A DNA stretch of 64,000 bases, taken from NCBI GenBank assembly GCA_043424615.1, contig JBHWOX010000009.1:1629-65628 (forward strand), in the 5' to 3' direction. Shown here piece by piece: positions 17,357 to 26,788 of the stretch (the first letter of the stretch is position 1; each line of letters begins with the position of its first letter). The stretch is from Atopococcus sp. Lineage in GTDB: Bacteria > Bacillota > Bacilli > Lactobacillales > Carnobacteriaceae_A. The notes beneath the pieces are model-generated. The model did not search any database and had not been told where the DNA came from. It saw only the letters and a list, made by a program, of their open reading frames with translations. The translations under genes and the position numbers were made by a program.

Positions 17357-19239
17357 TAATCCCAAGCCTCCTCATCATCCCACTCATCATCCCAAGTCAG
17401 ATCGGCTAAAGGCAGAGTGAGGTAAAAGCATGTGCCTTGGTTGAACTTGCTGCGGACCCAGATGCGTCCATCGTGCAGGTCGACCACTTCTTTAGCAATA
17501 GCTAAGCCTAAACCTGTTCCCCCCATAGCTCGAGAGCGAGCCTTATCGACCCGGTAAAAACGAGAAAAGATACGAGGGAGTTCTTGCTTGGCTATACCCA
17601 TGCCCTGGTCAGAAATACTGATGAGCAAGTCATGTTCACGAATCGACATCTTGGCTTCGATAACACCGCCATCGGGTGAATATTTGATAGCGTTGTTCAT
17701 GATATTATCCAAGACTTGGACAATCCGGTCTTGATCCACTTCTGCCCAGGCTTCTTCATTGGGGAGCGAGCGTTTGATGTCGAATTTTTTATCGCCGTCG
17801 ATCACCATTTCAAAGCGGTCTAGAACAAAGTTGAAGAGTGCGGTAATATCTACTAATTCTTTTTCAAAATTTTCATTACCCGTATCGATACGAGACAGCT
17901 GCAAGAGATCGGTGACCATGCGAATCATACGGTTGGTTTCATTTTGAATCACATTCAAGAATTGTGGCGCAATGTTTTCATCTTTCCATGCTCCATCATT
18001 TAACGCTTCGACATAAGAGCGCATGGAAGTCAGTGGGGTCCGGAGTTCGTGGCTGACATTGGACACGAAAGTTCGGCGGTCTCTCTCCATGTTTTCAGCT
18101 TCAGTCACATCATGGAGAACACAAACTACCCCTTGAACCGTCTGTCCATCCAGTTCAATGATGGAGAAGGTCAGGCGGATGAATCGCTCATCATGTTCGA
18201 TCATCAATTCTTTTTCTGGGTCTTCATAAAATTCGTCTATAGTCACATCTTCTATATCTAATAATTCTAAGATAGGCATCCCAATGGCACTTTCGTCATC
18301 TATATTCAGCATTTCTCTAGCCTTAGAGTTGGTGATGACCACCCGTCCACGGCGGTTGGTCGCAATGACTCCGTCAGACATGTGGGTCAGGACACGGTTC
18401 AAGCGCCGGCGTTCTGCGTCAATGGAAGACTGGGCAGAAGAAACTCGCCGCGCCAAAACATTGATGGAATGAGCCAAATGACCAATTTCATCATTGTTGT
18501 CATTTTTTAAGTTGATGGAATAGTCCCCATCGGCAATCATGCGGGTAGTGTCTTCGATTTCAATGATGGGGTTTACAATTTCTTTCGCTAGGGCATAGGC
18601 CAAAATAACTGAAATAGCGATTGCCAGGAGGGAGGCCTGGATAAAGATAATCCCGATGGAATTAATTTGCTGGTAGACGGTTTCAATATTGGATTCCATC
18701 ATAATGACCCCCAGCAACTGCTTGTTGGCTTGGTCACTTTGGATGGGGGTGACCACTTTCCAACGTCGCTCGTTGGTGGGGGCATGGATATATTCGCGTG
18801 TAATGGTCTCTTGGGACAGGAGGACTTGGCGGACATCCGTATCATTGGTCCGCTGCCCCACTAAGTTTTGATTGGTCCGCAAAGAAGTCCCCACAATGGA
18901 TAAATTGGGGGAGACGATTTCAATATTGATATTGCCATGGCCAGAAAAATCGCTCAATAGAGCATTGATCTCTTGCAGGGGGTCAACTTGAATCGGGTCG
19001 CCTTCATTTTCTTTTTGTTCTTGAAGCATGGCTAAATACGGCTCCGCTGACGTTTCGATAAAATCGAGTTGAGTCTGCCGGTCCGTTTTATGGGTGGTCA
19101 CCAATTCATCTTCTAATTGATTAATAAAATTCGCCCCGATAATTTCAAGGGCGAATACAATCAGTATGACGATGACCATCACGATCTTAAAGTTGATGGA
19201 CTTGTACCAGCGTACATTCCGTTGAGCATTACTTAACAT
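17356..19239 (-). CDS. walK: Essential cell-wall-homeostasis sensor histidine kinase WalK
   Basis: Two TM segments, HAMP, PAS, H-box FVSNVSHELRTPLTSM, N/G boxes (MNNAIKYSP, DQGMGI, GGTGLGLAI). The preferred start is ATG 19239 (MLSNAQRNVRWYKSINFKI...), just after the walR stop. Confidence 0.93.
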   Translation of the reverse strand: MLSNAQRNVRWYKSINFKIVMVIVILIVFALEIIGANFINQLEDELVTTHKTDRQTQLDFIETSAEPYLAMLQEQKENEGDPIQVDPLQEINALLSDFSGHGNINIEIVSPNLSIVGTSLRTNQNLVGQRTNDTDVRQVLLSQETITREYIHAPTNERRWKVVTPIQSDQANKQLLGVIMMESNIETVYQQINSIGIIFIQASLLAIAISVILAYALAKEIVNPIIEIEDTTRMIADGDYSINLKNDNNDEIGHLAHSINVLARRVSSAQSSIDAERRRLNRVLTHMSDGVIATNRRGRVVITNSKAREMLNIDDESAIGMPILELLDIEDVTIDEFYEDPEKELMIEHDERFIRLTFSIIELDGQTVQGVVCVLHDVTEAENMERDRRTFVSNVSHELRTPLTSMRSYVEALNDGAWKDENIAPQFLNVIQNETNRMIRMVTDLLQLSRIDTGNENFEKELVDITALFNFVLDRFEMVIDGDKKFDIKRSLPNEEAWAEVDQDRIVQVLDNIMNNAIKYSPDGGVIEAKMSIREHDLLISISDQGMGIAKQELPRIFSRFYRVDKARSRAMGGTGLGLAIAKEVVDLHDGRIWVRSKFNQGTCFYLTLPLADLTWDDEWDDEEAWD

Positions 19240-19243
19240 CCTA

Positions 19244-19957
19244 TCAAGACTCCTGTGTTTCAGGGTCACGCAAGTAGTAACCCACTCCTCTGCGTGTGAT
19301 TAAATAATTAGGGTGGCTGGGGTTGTCTTCAATTTTTTCTCTCAAACGTCGGACGGTAACATCCACTGTACGAACATCTCCAAAGTAATCATAGCCCCAG
19401 ACTGTTTCCAGTAAATCTTCCCGGGTCATGACTTCTCCCACATGTTGGGCTAAGTATAAGAGCAGTTCATATTCGCGGTGAGTCAGGTCCAATTCTTCAC
19501 CGAATTTAGTGGCATTGTACTGGGCGGGGTGGATGATGAGGTCTCCAATGGGAATGTCTTGGTTTTCATCCTCTTCTTCCGCTGCCTGGGCGGTCGCATT
19601 GGACCGTCTCAAGTTAGCTTTCACCCTGGCCACTAATTCACGGTTAGAGAAGGGTTTGGTAATGTAGTCATCGGCTCCTAATTCTAAACCGAGCACCTTG
19701 TCAATTTCTTGGTCTTTGGCCGATACAATAATAATAGGCATGTCATGGGTCTTACGGACTTCACGAGCCACTTCTAAACCATCGACTTTAGGAAGCATGA
19801 GATCGAGTAAAATCAAGTCTGGTGCATCAGCTTCTACCTTGTCTAAGGCTTCTTGTCCATCGTAAGCGCAGACAACCTCATAACCTTCATTTTCTAAGTT
19901 AAATTTTACAATGTCTGATATGGGTTTGTCGTCTTCTACGACTAATATTTGTTTCAT
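19244..19957 (-). CDS. walR: OmpR-family response regulator WalR
   Basis: [22 protein letters not shown]..., phospho-acceptor LLDLMLP, and a winged-helix C-terminus ([14 protein letters not shown]). Start ATG 19957 follows GGAGGA. The stop is TGA (19244-19246). Confidence 0.95.
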   Translation of the reverse strand: MKQILVVEDDKPISDIVKFNLENEGYEVVCAYDGQEALDKVEADAPDLILLDLMLPKVDGLEVAREVRKTHDMPIIIVSAKDQEIDKVLGLELGADDYITKPFSNRELVARVKANLRRSNATAQAAEEEDENQDIPIGDLIIHPAQYNATKFGEELDLTHREYELLLYLAQHVGEVMTREDLLETVWGYDYFGDVRTVDVTVRRLREKIEDNPSHPNYLITRRGVGYYLRDPETQES

Positions 19958-20162
19958 GGTATCCTCCATTAATTCACTAAGCTTATCGGGTCGTTGTTAA
20001 TGAGAGTTTGTACCTAATCATTATACAAAAAGCAAGTGTTTTAAGCAATTTGATTGTGGGCTGGCCATCTACTGGTCATTATCTACTGGTCATTATATTG
20101 TTAATTTAAGAACATCCGTGATATATTTAATAGGTAAGAAGACCAAAAAGGAAGTGATATGG

Positions 20163-20612
20163 ATGGCTCTAGGACATTGGATAGCGATTGGAATTGTCGT
20201 TGTCGCTATCATCATATTAATCGGTGGATTGATTTATGCGGTCAACCAACTCAATACGCCATTAGAAAAGGTACAACAACTGCAAGAAACGGTAAATGAC
20301 AAAGCAAACTTTTACCAGTCTGAAGTCCAGACCTTGCAAAATAAAATCGAAACCCAAAGCAAACAAGGTCAAGCCCTTGCTGATCAAGCTTTAATCGAAA
20401 AAGAAAAATTTGACCACTTGACCAAAGAATCCAAACAATTGGCCAACCAAGTGTCTTATATCCGCGATATGCGTGGAGAAGTCATGAATGCTGCCTTAGA
20501 TCAAGGGAAAGATTATGTTCAAAACGACCTGCCTCGTCATTTTGAAAAGTTGAAATTAATCGCTAAGAAGACAGCTAACAAGCAAAAAGATCGTTACTCT
20601 GAACAGGCTTAA
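20163..20612 (+). CDS. DUF948 (YtxG-like) membrane-anchored coiled-coil protein
   Basis: An N-terminal TM (WIAIGIVVVAIIILIGGLIYAV), then a Q/K/E-rich coiled coil. It is paired with a YtxH gene, as in ytxGH. Confidence 0.6.
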   Translation: MALGHWIAIGIVVVAIIILIGGLIYAVNQLNTPLEKVQQLQETVNDKANFYQSEVQTLQNKIETQSKQGQALADQALIEKEKFDHLTKESKQLANQVSYIRDMRGEVMNAALDQGKDYVQNDLPRHFEKLKLIAKKTANKQKDRYSEQA

Positions 20613-20635
20613 TTTTTAAGAAAAGGAAGATGAAG

Positions 20636-21193
20636 ATGTCTAAAAACAATTCTGCTGAAAGATTTTTTACCACCCTATTAGTCGCTGGTTTATCTGCAGG
20701 TGCTGCTCTTTTATTTGCCCCTAAGTCAGGTAAAGAGTTAAGAAAAGATTTGAAAGAACAAGCTGAATCAGCTGCTGACAAGGGTAAAGAATATGCTGAA
20801 AACTTGGCTCATGACATTCAAGAGTCCGTTCGTGAAGTTGAAGAAGAAGCTAGACGTCAATCCCAAAAAACAGTTGCTGACCCTAATCTTCAACATGAAA
20901 TCGACAACCAAAAAGTCGCCCACACTGAAGATGGAGAAATCACAGCCGTCAACCAACCTTCTGGAAATGTAGCGGGAAGTATCTACGACCCTGAAAAATC
21001 AACGGTTGATGCTAACCGTCCAGGTGAGCAATCTGACAGCCTCATGACAGAAGATGGTGAAGTGACTGAAAAAGGACGTGCCCAAGGTAATATTACCGGC
21101 AGTAAATTCGACCAAGGACGCGACCAAACCATCCCAGCCGATGAGTTAGACCAAGCTTTAGTGGATGCAGGCATTGATGAAAAAGAACTATAA
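20636..21193 (+). CDS. YtxH-domain general-stress-type protein
   Basis: FFTTLLVAGLSAGAALLFAPKSGKELRKDLKEQAE is the YtxH signature. The tail is acidic and low-complexity. Confidence 0.7.
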   Translation: MSKNNSAERFFTTLLVAGLSAGAALLFAPKSGKELRKDLKEQAESAADKGKEYAENLAHDIQESVREVEEEARRQSQKTVADPNLQHEIDNQKVAHTEDGEITAVNQPSGNVAGSIYDPEKSTVDANRPGEQSDSLMTEDGEVTEKGRAQGNITGSKFDQGRDQTIPADELDQALVDAGIDEKEL

Positions 21194-21215
21194 TGACTGA
21201 AAACAAAACAAATAT

Positions 21216-21249
21216 AGAGCGGCTAGGCCAAGGTCCGGCTGCTCTTTTT
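21216..21249 (+). terminator. Rho-independent terminator
   Basis: AGAGCGGC...GGCTGCTCT imperfect hairpin, followed by TTTTT. Confidence 0.55.
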
Positions 21250-21379
21250 AAGGCCTAGCTTTAGACCCTAGCCGGCCTGGCCCTATTCTTATCCAAACGA
21301 AAAACTCCCCCTGAAGAGGACTTTGATAATCTCTTTTCAAGGGGAGTTTTTGTGTCTTTTAACAAAAGGCTAGCCAGGC

Positions 21380-21799
21380 TTAAGCCTTGGCTTTTGTTTT
21401 GGATTTTGGGCGGCTCGCATGGATCAATCCCCAAGCATTGCCGACCATCAAAAGAGGGAGGGCAAAGACCAGATAAGGATAAATCATGAGCGTTTCCCGC
21501 CAAGGACTGATACAAAAAGCGGTCAGAAAAACTAAGACGACCAGTAGGCAGGCGTGGATATAGGCCCAGACATTCATGTGCGCCCGTCGTTTAAAGCAAA
21601 CGATGATGACGATAGCCAACATGATGATTAGAACCAAGGCTAAAAGCCATTCCATGGGAAAATTCTCGGCCCATTTTTCAAAGCGAAATTGCTCGAATTG
21701 AAAGTGGCGACTCAAGCCCATCCGATGGTGGCTGTAAAAATTTAAAAAGAAGCCACTAGCCAGCAGTATGATTTCAACTATAAGAAACAAGATATGCAT
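21380..21799 (-). CDS. Small polytopic membrane protein, unknown function
   Basis: 139 aa with about 4 hydrophobic segments. ATG after AAAGGA. It lies 15 nt downstream of the nucleoside-hydrolase-like gene, so it is probably co-transcribed. Confidence 0.5.
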   Translation of the reverse strand: MHILFLIVEIILLASGFFLNFYSHHRMGLSRHFQFEQFRFEKWAENFPMEWLLALVLIIMLAIVIIVCFKRRAHMNVWAYIHACLLVVLVFLTAFCISPWRETLMIYPYLVFALPLLMVGNAWGLIHASRPKSKTKAKA

Positions 21800-21813
21800 G
21801 TCACAACATCCTT

Positions 21814-22707
21814 TTAATCTAAATTGAGCCAGGTTTGGTAAATGTGTTTTTTCAAGCCTTCTTTATCCTTGATTTTCGGCAGGTTCAAAGCTGTCGTTTG
21901 CAGGGGTTTAGAAACCGCATAAGACGTCGGATCAAAATCATCCGCTATCAAAGAGCCTGACGATAAGGACTTCATGCTGACGGTGTAGTCATCGGGCTGG
22001 TCTTGAAAAAATTCTGGATTCACCAAGTAAGCCGCAGCTAAGGTATCCCAATTATAAAAGCCTTTGATGCCGTATTCAAGATCATTGTCTGTAAACCAAG
22101 GGTCAGAATAGTGGCGAATTAATTGGGCAATCGGGCCATCCGCACCGGCAAACATTTCTTCATATTGGTCGCGCGTGAAAAGCAAGTCCAAGCAGTTATT
22201 GCCGGTCATCAGGGAGATGCGAGGGGCCTTAGTTAGGGTCACATATGAAGCATTAGGGTCAACAGATAAATTGAGCTCCAACATCTCCTGCTTAGCAAAG
22301 ATCAAAGGTTCAGTGGTCCCTCCCATCAGCACCACTTGGTCCACTTTTTCAAAGAATTGCGGATCCAGCAAATAGGCACCGGCCAGGTTGGACATTCCCC
22401 CGGTCGCTAAAATAGAAATCTCTCCGGGCTGGGCAGCAATGCTTTGGCTAAGCGAACGGCTGGCGTCCGTTAAATAATCGCTGCATTCTGCCGCTCCCTT
22501 GTGGTAAAGCTGGGGATCTAGATCTAAGTCCTCCATCAAACGGCGGGTACAGCGGTCAACTTCTTCAATATTGGAATTACCAAAAGTCAAACTGATCCCA
22601 ACGACTTCGACATCCGGACTGCCCAAGAGATACATGAGGGCTAGGCCATCATCGACATCCCGATTAGTTGTATAGAAAGTATTATCGAAATCAATCCAGA
22701 CTTTCAT
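21814..22707 (-). CDS. Nucleoside hydrolase-like (IU_nuc_hydro fold) protein
   Basis: MKVWIDFDNTFYTTNRDVDDGLALMYLLGSPDVEVVGISLTFGN resembles the N-terminal Asp-cluster region of inosine-uridine nucleoside hydrolases, but the DxDxxxDD motif is interrupted. Its ATG directly abuts the TAG of the upstream radical-SAM gene. Confidence 0.65.
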   Translation of the reverse strand: MKVWIDFDNTFYTTNRDVDDGLALMYLLGSPDVEVVGISLTFGNSNIEEVDRCTRRLMEDLDLDPQLYHKGAAECSDYLTDASRSLSQSIAAQPGEISILATGGMSNLAGAYLLDPQFFEKVDQVVLMGGTTEPLIFAKQEMLELNLSVDPNASYVTLTKAPRISLMTGNNCLDLLFTRDQYEEMFAGADGPIAQLIRHYSDPWFTDNDLEYGIKGFYNWDTLAAAYLVNPEFFQDQPDDYTVSMKSLSSGSLIADDFDPTSYAVSKPLQTTALNLPKIKDKEGLKKHIYQTWLNLD

Positions 22708-23670
22708 CTAGAAGGCCTTCTCATCAATTTGGCCACCACAAGAAGAACCTGAACCAGCCGTACAGCCATAGCAATAATTACGGAAAACGATGTTACGCTC
22801 TAAGTCGTGGGCATCAACCACATCATAAATGGTGCGTTTGTCTTCGATCGGCAGGTTGCACATTTGGTTGAAGTCACAGTCATAAATCTGACCGTCCCAG
22901 CCAACGGATAATTGGAAGCGACACATCAAATTCGGCACGGTCTCTGGGTTGTAGGCTTCTTTTAAGAGGGCCATATAGTCGTCAAAAGAATCGGTCAAAT
23001 GCAAGAAGTTTTCAAAATAACCCAATGGCATGTTGGTGATAGTCACTAGATTAGTAAATTCAACACCCAAATCGCCTAAATGTTCTTTGTAATCTTTTTC
23101 TAATTGGGCTTGTTCTGGTGGGAGGTTGGCTCCTAGCGGGTTATGAACCAGATGCATAGGCAAGTCTTCGTCAACCCCATAACCGATTTCATTTAATTTA
23201 GCCATGGTGTTTACAATGCGGTCAAAAACTTTGTTTCCACGGATGCGGTCGGTATTGTCTTCGGTATAGCAAGGCATGGAAATAAAAATCGTACATGGGT
23301 ATTTTTCATAAAGTTCCAAAGTTTTCTTTTGTAGGAAAGTCGCATTGGTACGGATGATTAGCTCATCGATGTATGGATAGGCTTGTTCTACAAAATAGTG
23401 GAAGTCAGGGTGCATGGTTGGCTCCCCACCTGTAATATCTAGAGTATCGATTTCATCATGGTTTTTTAGAAACTCAATACAGGTGTCGATGGTTTCTCTC
23501 GACATAATCTCATTATGAGAGTCACGCATGACGTGGCAGTGTTTACAGCGTAAGTTACAAATTTTTCCAATATTCACTTGAAGAATATGGATCCCATCCG
23601 TCTGGCGGTATTCAGGATCAATATGTTCTTCAAAATTATTAACTAAAGCGGCGGGATTTTCATTGGTCAT
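22708..23670 (-). CDS. arsS: ArsS-type radical SAM / Cys-rich (DUF3641) domain protein
   Basis: LQVNIGKICNLRCKHCHV (CxxxCxxC). C-terminal CRFQLSVGWDGQIYDCDFNQM...FRNYCYGCTAGSGSSCGG matches my recollection of the DUF3641 domain of the ArsS family (TIGR04167). The preferred ATG is 23670, 8 nt after GGAG. Confidence 0.8.
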   Translation of the reverse strand: MTNENPAALVNNFEEHIDPEYRQTDGIHILQVNIGKICNLRCKHCHVMRDSHNEIMSRETIDTCIEFLKNHDEIDTLDITGGEPTMHPDFHYFVEQAYPYIDELIIRTNATFLQKKTLELYEKYPCTIFISMPCYTEDNTDRIRGNKVFDRIVNTMAKLNEIGYGVDEDLPMHLVHNPLGANLPPEQAQLEKDYKEHLGDLGVEFTNLVTITNMPLGYFENFLHLTDSFDDYMALLKEAYNPETVPNLMCRFQLSVGWDGQIYDCDFNQMCNLPIEDKRTIYDVVDAHDLERNIVFRNYCYGCTAGSGSSCGGQIDEKAF

Positions 23671-23851
23671 GGTCATCGCTCCTTCTTTTTTCAAAGTCTC
23701 GTGCTCATTCTACTATGTTTCACCTATACATTCTATCCAAATTAGCAAGGGGTTTATTAAATTAATGAATAAACAGCGGGCTTTTTGAATGATTTCAAAA
23801 AAACAAGCAGGGCTTTGAAAAGCCACTGCTTGTTTTTTTTATGTTTGCGGA

Positions 23852-25093
23852 TTATTCAGATGCGCGGTCGTCATCTAATTCGCCAACAGTTGTGTGAACC
23901 ACATCGTCTTGTTTAGGGTCTCCAACTTGAACTGGAAGTTCGTCATGCATTTGCCAGTCATTCCAGCTGCTGTCGAAGTGTAGAGGCTCATAGCCACGTT
24001 CGTACATCATCAACCAAGGAAGTGAAGAACGCCAAGCGGTTCCACAGTAAAGGGCAATCGGTTTGTCAATAGAGATGCCTTCATATTCCCACATAGCTAG
24101 AATTTCTTCGAAGTCTTTGTTGGTACCATCTTCATTTTTGTAGTCATCCATGCTGTTAGCATCAGACCCATTGGATCCTCTTAGGAGTGGACGACCCCAG
24201 TAAGCGCCTTCAGGTTCTCCAGCTTTTGGAATATAGCTGTAACCACTTTCGATTCCTCGCCATTCGTTTTCACTACGGATGGATACTAATTGGAAGTCTT
24301 CATCATTTTCTAAGCGATCCGCGGTATCTTCTAATGAAATGATGTATTCAGGATGGGCTGGAACAGCGACACCAAAGTCAGCTTCAGCCGGAGTAGGTTT
24401 GACTTCTTCACTTTCAGTTTCATAACCAGCATCTTCCCAGGCTTGTAAACCACCATCTAAGACTTTAACATTGTCAACACCTAGATAAAGAGCGGTAAAC
24501 GCAAAACGGTCGACACCAGTGTCTGGTCCGTAAAGGATTAAAGTCGTATCAGAAGTGACACCATAGTCTAAGAAGGCTTTTTCTAATTCTTCAGGACTTT
24601 TCACATTCCAAATAGGTCCTTCTTCAATAGCATCGGTGTTGAAGTGAGTAGCACCTGGAATATGTTTTTCAAGATAGTCTGGGCTGTCAGAAGCTTCTCC
24701 CCAAGTGACTTCAGCTAGGACATAGTTGCCGACATCTTCATTACCATCGATGACGTCTTTAACGTAGTCTGGAGTCACATAGACTTGTTTTTCGGGTTGA
24801 ACATCATTGATTTCTGTATCGGTAGAAGTGGGTACTGCTTCAGCAGTCGCCTCTTCACCACTGGCTTCAGATTCTTCTTCTGCTTTTTCTTCTTCTTGCG
24901 ATTCACTTTCAGCTGAGTCTGCTGATGATTCGCTACTTTCTTCTGTACTTTCTTCTGTACTTTCAGTAGTCGTATTGGCGTCAGATTCTGCTGAGTCTGA
25001 AGCTGTGCTTGAGCTTCCTCCTCCAGCACATCCGCTTAAGACCAAGACAAAAGCGACGAGTGCGGCTAACAAGATCGAGTATTTTTTCTTCAT
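23852..25093 (-). CDS. Surface lipoprotein with tandem rhodanese (sulfurtransferase) domains
   Basis: Signal peptide plus lipobox (LVLSGC), then an acidic Ser/Glu linker of about 70 aa, then rhodanese-like domains with an active-site loop YCGTAWRS (CxxxxR). Confidence 0.8.
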   Translation of the reverse strand: MKKKYSILLAALVAFVLVLSGCAGGGSSSTASDSAESDANTTTESTEESTEESSESSADSAESESQEEEKAEEESEASGEEATAEAVPTSTDTEINDVQPEKQVYVTPDYVKDVIDGNEDVGNYVLAEVTWGEASDSPDYLEKHIPGATHFNTDAIEEGPIWNVKSPEELEKAFLDYGVTSDTTLILYGPDTGVDRFAFTALYLGVDNVKVLDGGLQAWEDAGYETESEEVKPTPAEADFGVAVPAHPEYIISLEDTADRLENDEDFQLVSIRSENEWRGIESGYSYIPKAGEPEGAYWGRPLLRGSNGSDANSMDDYKNEDGTNKDFEEILAMWEYEGISIDKPIALYCGTAWRSSLPWLMMYERGYEPLHFDSSWNDWQMHDELPVQVGDPKQDDVVHTTVGELDDDRASE

Positions 25094-25395
25094 CTCTGAT
25101 TCCCCTTTTTCAAAATAGTTTATTGCTTATATAAAATAAGCCATCTTTAATTATAAAGCTTTGAAACATTTATTCCACTTTTGTTTATTAAGATATTTAA
25201 TAGCTAAAGCAAAGGTCTACCGCTTTGACAAAAGTTGGATTGACGGCTGTCAATCTTTATTTATTTACAAAAAATCTTACTCCCTAGCTTTTATTGACTT
25301 CATTGATAAATAAACAAAATAAGTGAATTTATTCATTTTTTTCTATAGGATGAAAGGCAATGACTATTAAAAAAAATATATTGATGGAGGTTACA

Positions 25396-26709
25396 ATGAA
25401 GATTAAGAAGTTATTATCCTATTTATCTCTTGTGTTTGTTGCTGTTCTTGTTCTAGTCGGATGCGGCCAGTCTAGTGGTGGTGGGGAAACGGCTAGCAGT
25501 ACGGATAGTGGCTCATCAGATAGCAGCAGCCAGGAAGTGAACGAAGAAAGCCAAGATGAAAATGTGGCTGACCTGTCTTTTGACGAATTAGTAGAAGCGG
25601 CTGATGGAAGCACCGTCTCTTTCTATGGTTGGGGTGGGGATGAAGCCCTCAACCAATGGCTGGATAATGTGTATGCTCCAGCGCTCAAAGAAAAATACAA
25701 CATCACCTTAGACCGTGTCCCTATGGATATTGAAGATGTCTTAAACCAACTCTCCAATGAAAAACAAGCGGGAGAAACTGAAGGGCCTATCGACATGATC
25801 TGGATCAACGGGGAAAACTTTGCAACCGCTCGTGACAACGACTTCCTTTATGGTCCTTTCACAGAGCAACTCCCTAATTTCCAAGACTATGTCGATGAAG
25901 AAGACCCTGAAATCAAATACGATTTCGGCTACCCTATCGAAGGCTACGAAGCCCCTTATGGTAAAGCCCAATTCGTCCTCATCGGCGATAAAGAAAAAAT
26001 GGACCAAGCGCCGGCCAATGCCCAAGAATTTTTGGAATATGCCCAAGCCAATCCTGGCCAAGTGACTTATCCAGCTTTGCCTGACTTTACGGGATCAGCT
26101 TTTGTTCGTAACATTATCTATGAATTTGTCGACCCAGCTGAATTCCAAGACATGGAAGCAGACAAAGAAGTGGTAAGAGAAGCCATTGCTCCTGCTTTTG
26201 ATTACTTGCGTGATTTGAACCCTCACTTGTGGAATGAAGGGCAAACCTTCCCTCAAGACCAACCGCAATTGAACAATATGTTTATGGACGGCGAATTAGC
26301 CTTAACCATGACTTATGGTGCTTTTGATGCAGCCATTGGTATTGAAAACGGCGAATACCCTGAAAGCGCTCAGACCTTTATCTTCGATAATGGAACAATC
26401 GGTAACACTAACTTTATCGGTATTGCCAATAACTCCACTAACAAAGCGGGGGCCATGGTAGCGATCAATGAAATGTTGTCACCTGAAATGCAGTTATCCA
26501 AATACGAAGAACTCAGAACCATTCCTGTTTTAGATAACGATGCTTTAGATGAAGACCAACAAGCAGCTTTTGATGCCGTTGATCCAGGACCAGGAACTCT
26601 TCCTCAAGACCTTCTTTTAGAAAACCGCTTGCCTGAAATGCCGGCTCATCTCGTGCCGATCATTGAAGAATTATGGTTAGAAGAAGTCGTTGGCCAAACT
26701 AATGAATAA
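25396..26709 (+). CDS. ABC transporter substrate-binding lipoprotein (possibly YnjB-like)
   Basis: MKIKKLLSYLSLVFVAVLVLVGC is a lipobox. ATG 25396 follows GGAGG. Mature-protein features: VSFYGWGGDEALNQWLDN... The family call is tentative. Confidence 0.75.
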   Translation: MKIKKLLSYLSLVFVAVLVLVGCGQSSGGGETASSTDSGSSDSSSQEVNEESQDENVADLSFDELVEAADGSTVSFYGWGGDEALNQWLDNVYAPALKEKYNITLDRVPMDIEDVLNQLSNEKQAGETEGPIDMIWINGENFATARDNDFLYGPFTEQLPNFQDYVDEEDPEIKYDFGYPIEGYEAPYGKAQFVLIGDKEKMDQAPANAQEFLEYAQANPGQVTYPALPDFTGSAFVRNIIYEFVDPAEFQDMEADKEVVREAIAPAFDYLRDLNPHLWNEGQTFPQDQPQLNNMFMDGELALTMTYGAFDAAIGIENGEYPESAQTFIFDNGTIGNTNFIGIANNSTNKAGAMVAINEMLSPEMQLSKYEELRTIPVLDNDALDEDQQAAFDAVDPGPGTLPQDLLLENRLPEMPAHLVPIIEELWLEEVVGQTNE

Positions 26710-26788
26710 TCTGATTTAATTCAAAGGAAAGGGGACTGTGACCCAGGTCATGGTCCTTTTCTGTTTTTAACCATTGAAAGGAGGACCT

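Noticed and set aside
21261-21515. An 84-aa minus-strand ORF overlapping the 3' end of the small membrane-protein gene and a terminator.
   Set aside because: It is out of frame with the better-supported 21380-21799 ORF, has no SD, and crosses the hairpin at 21301-21352.
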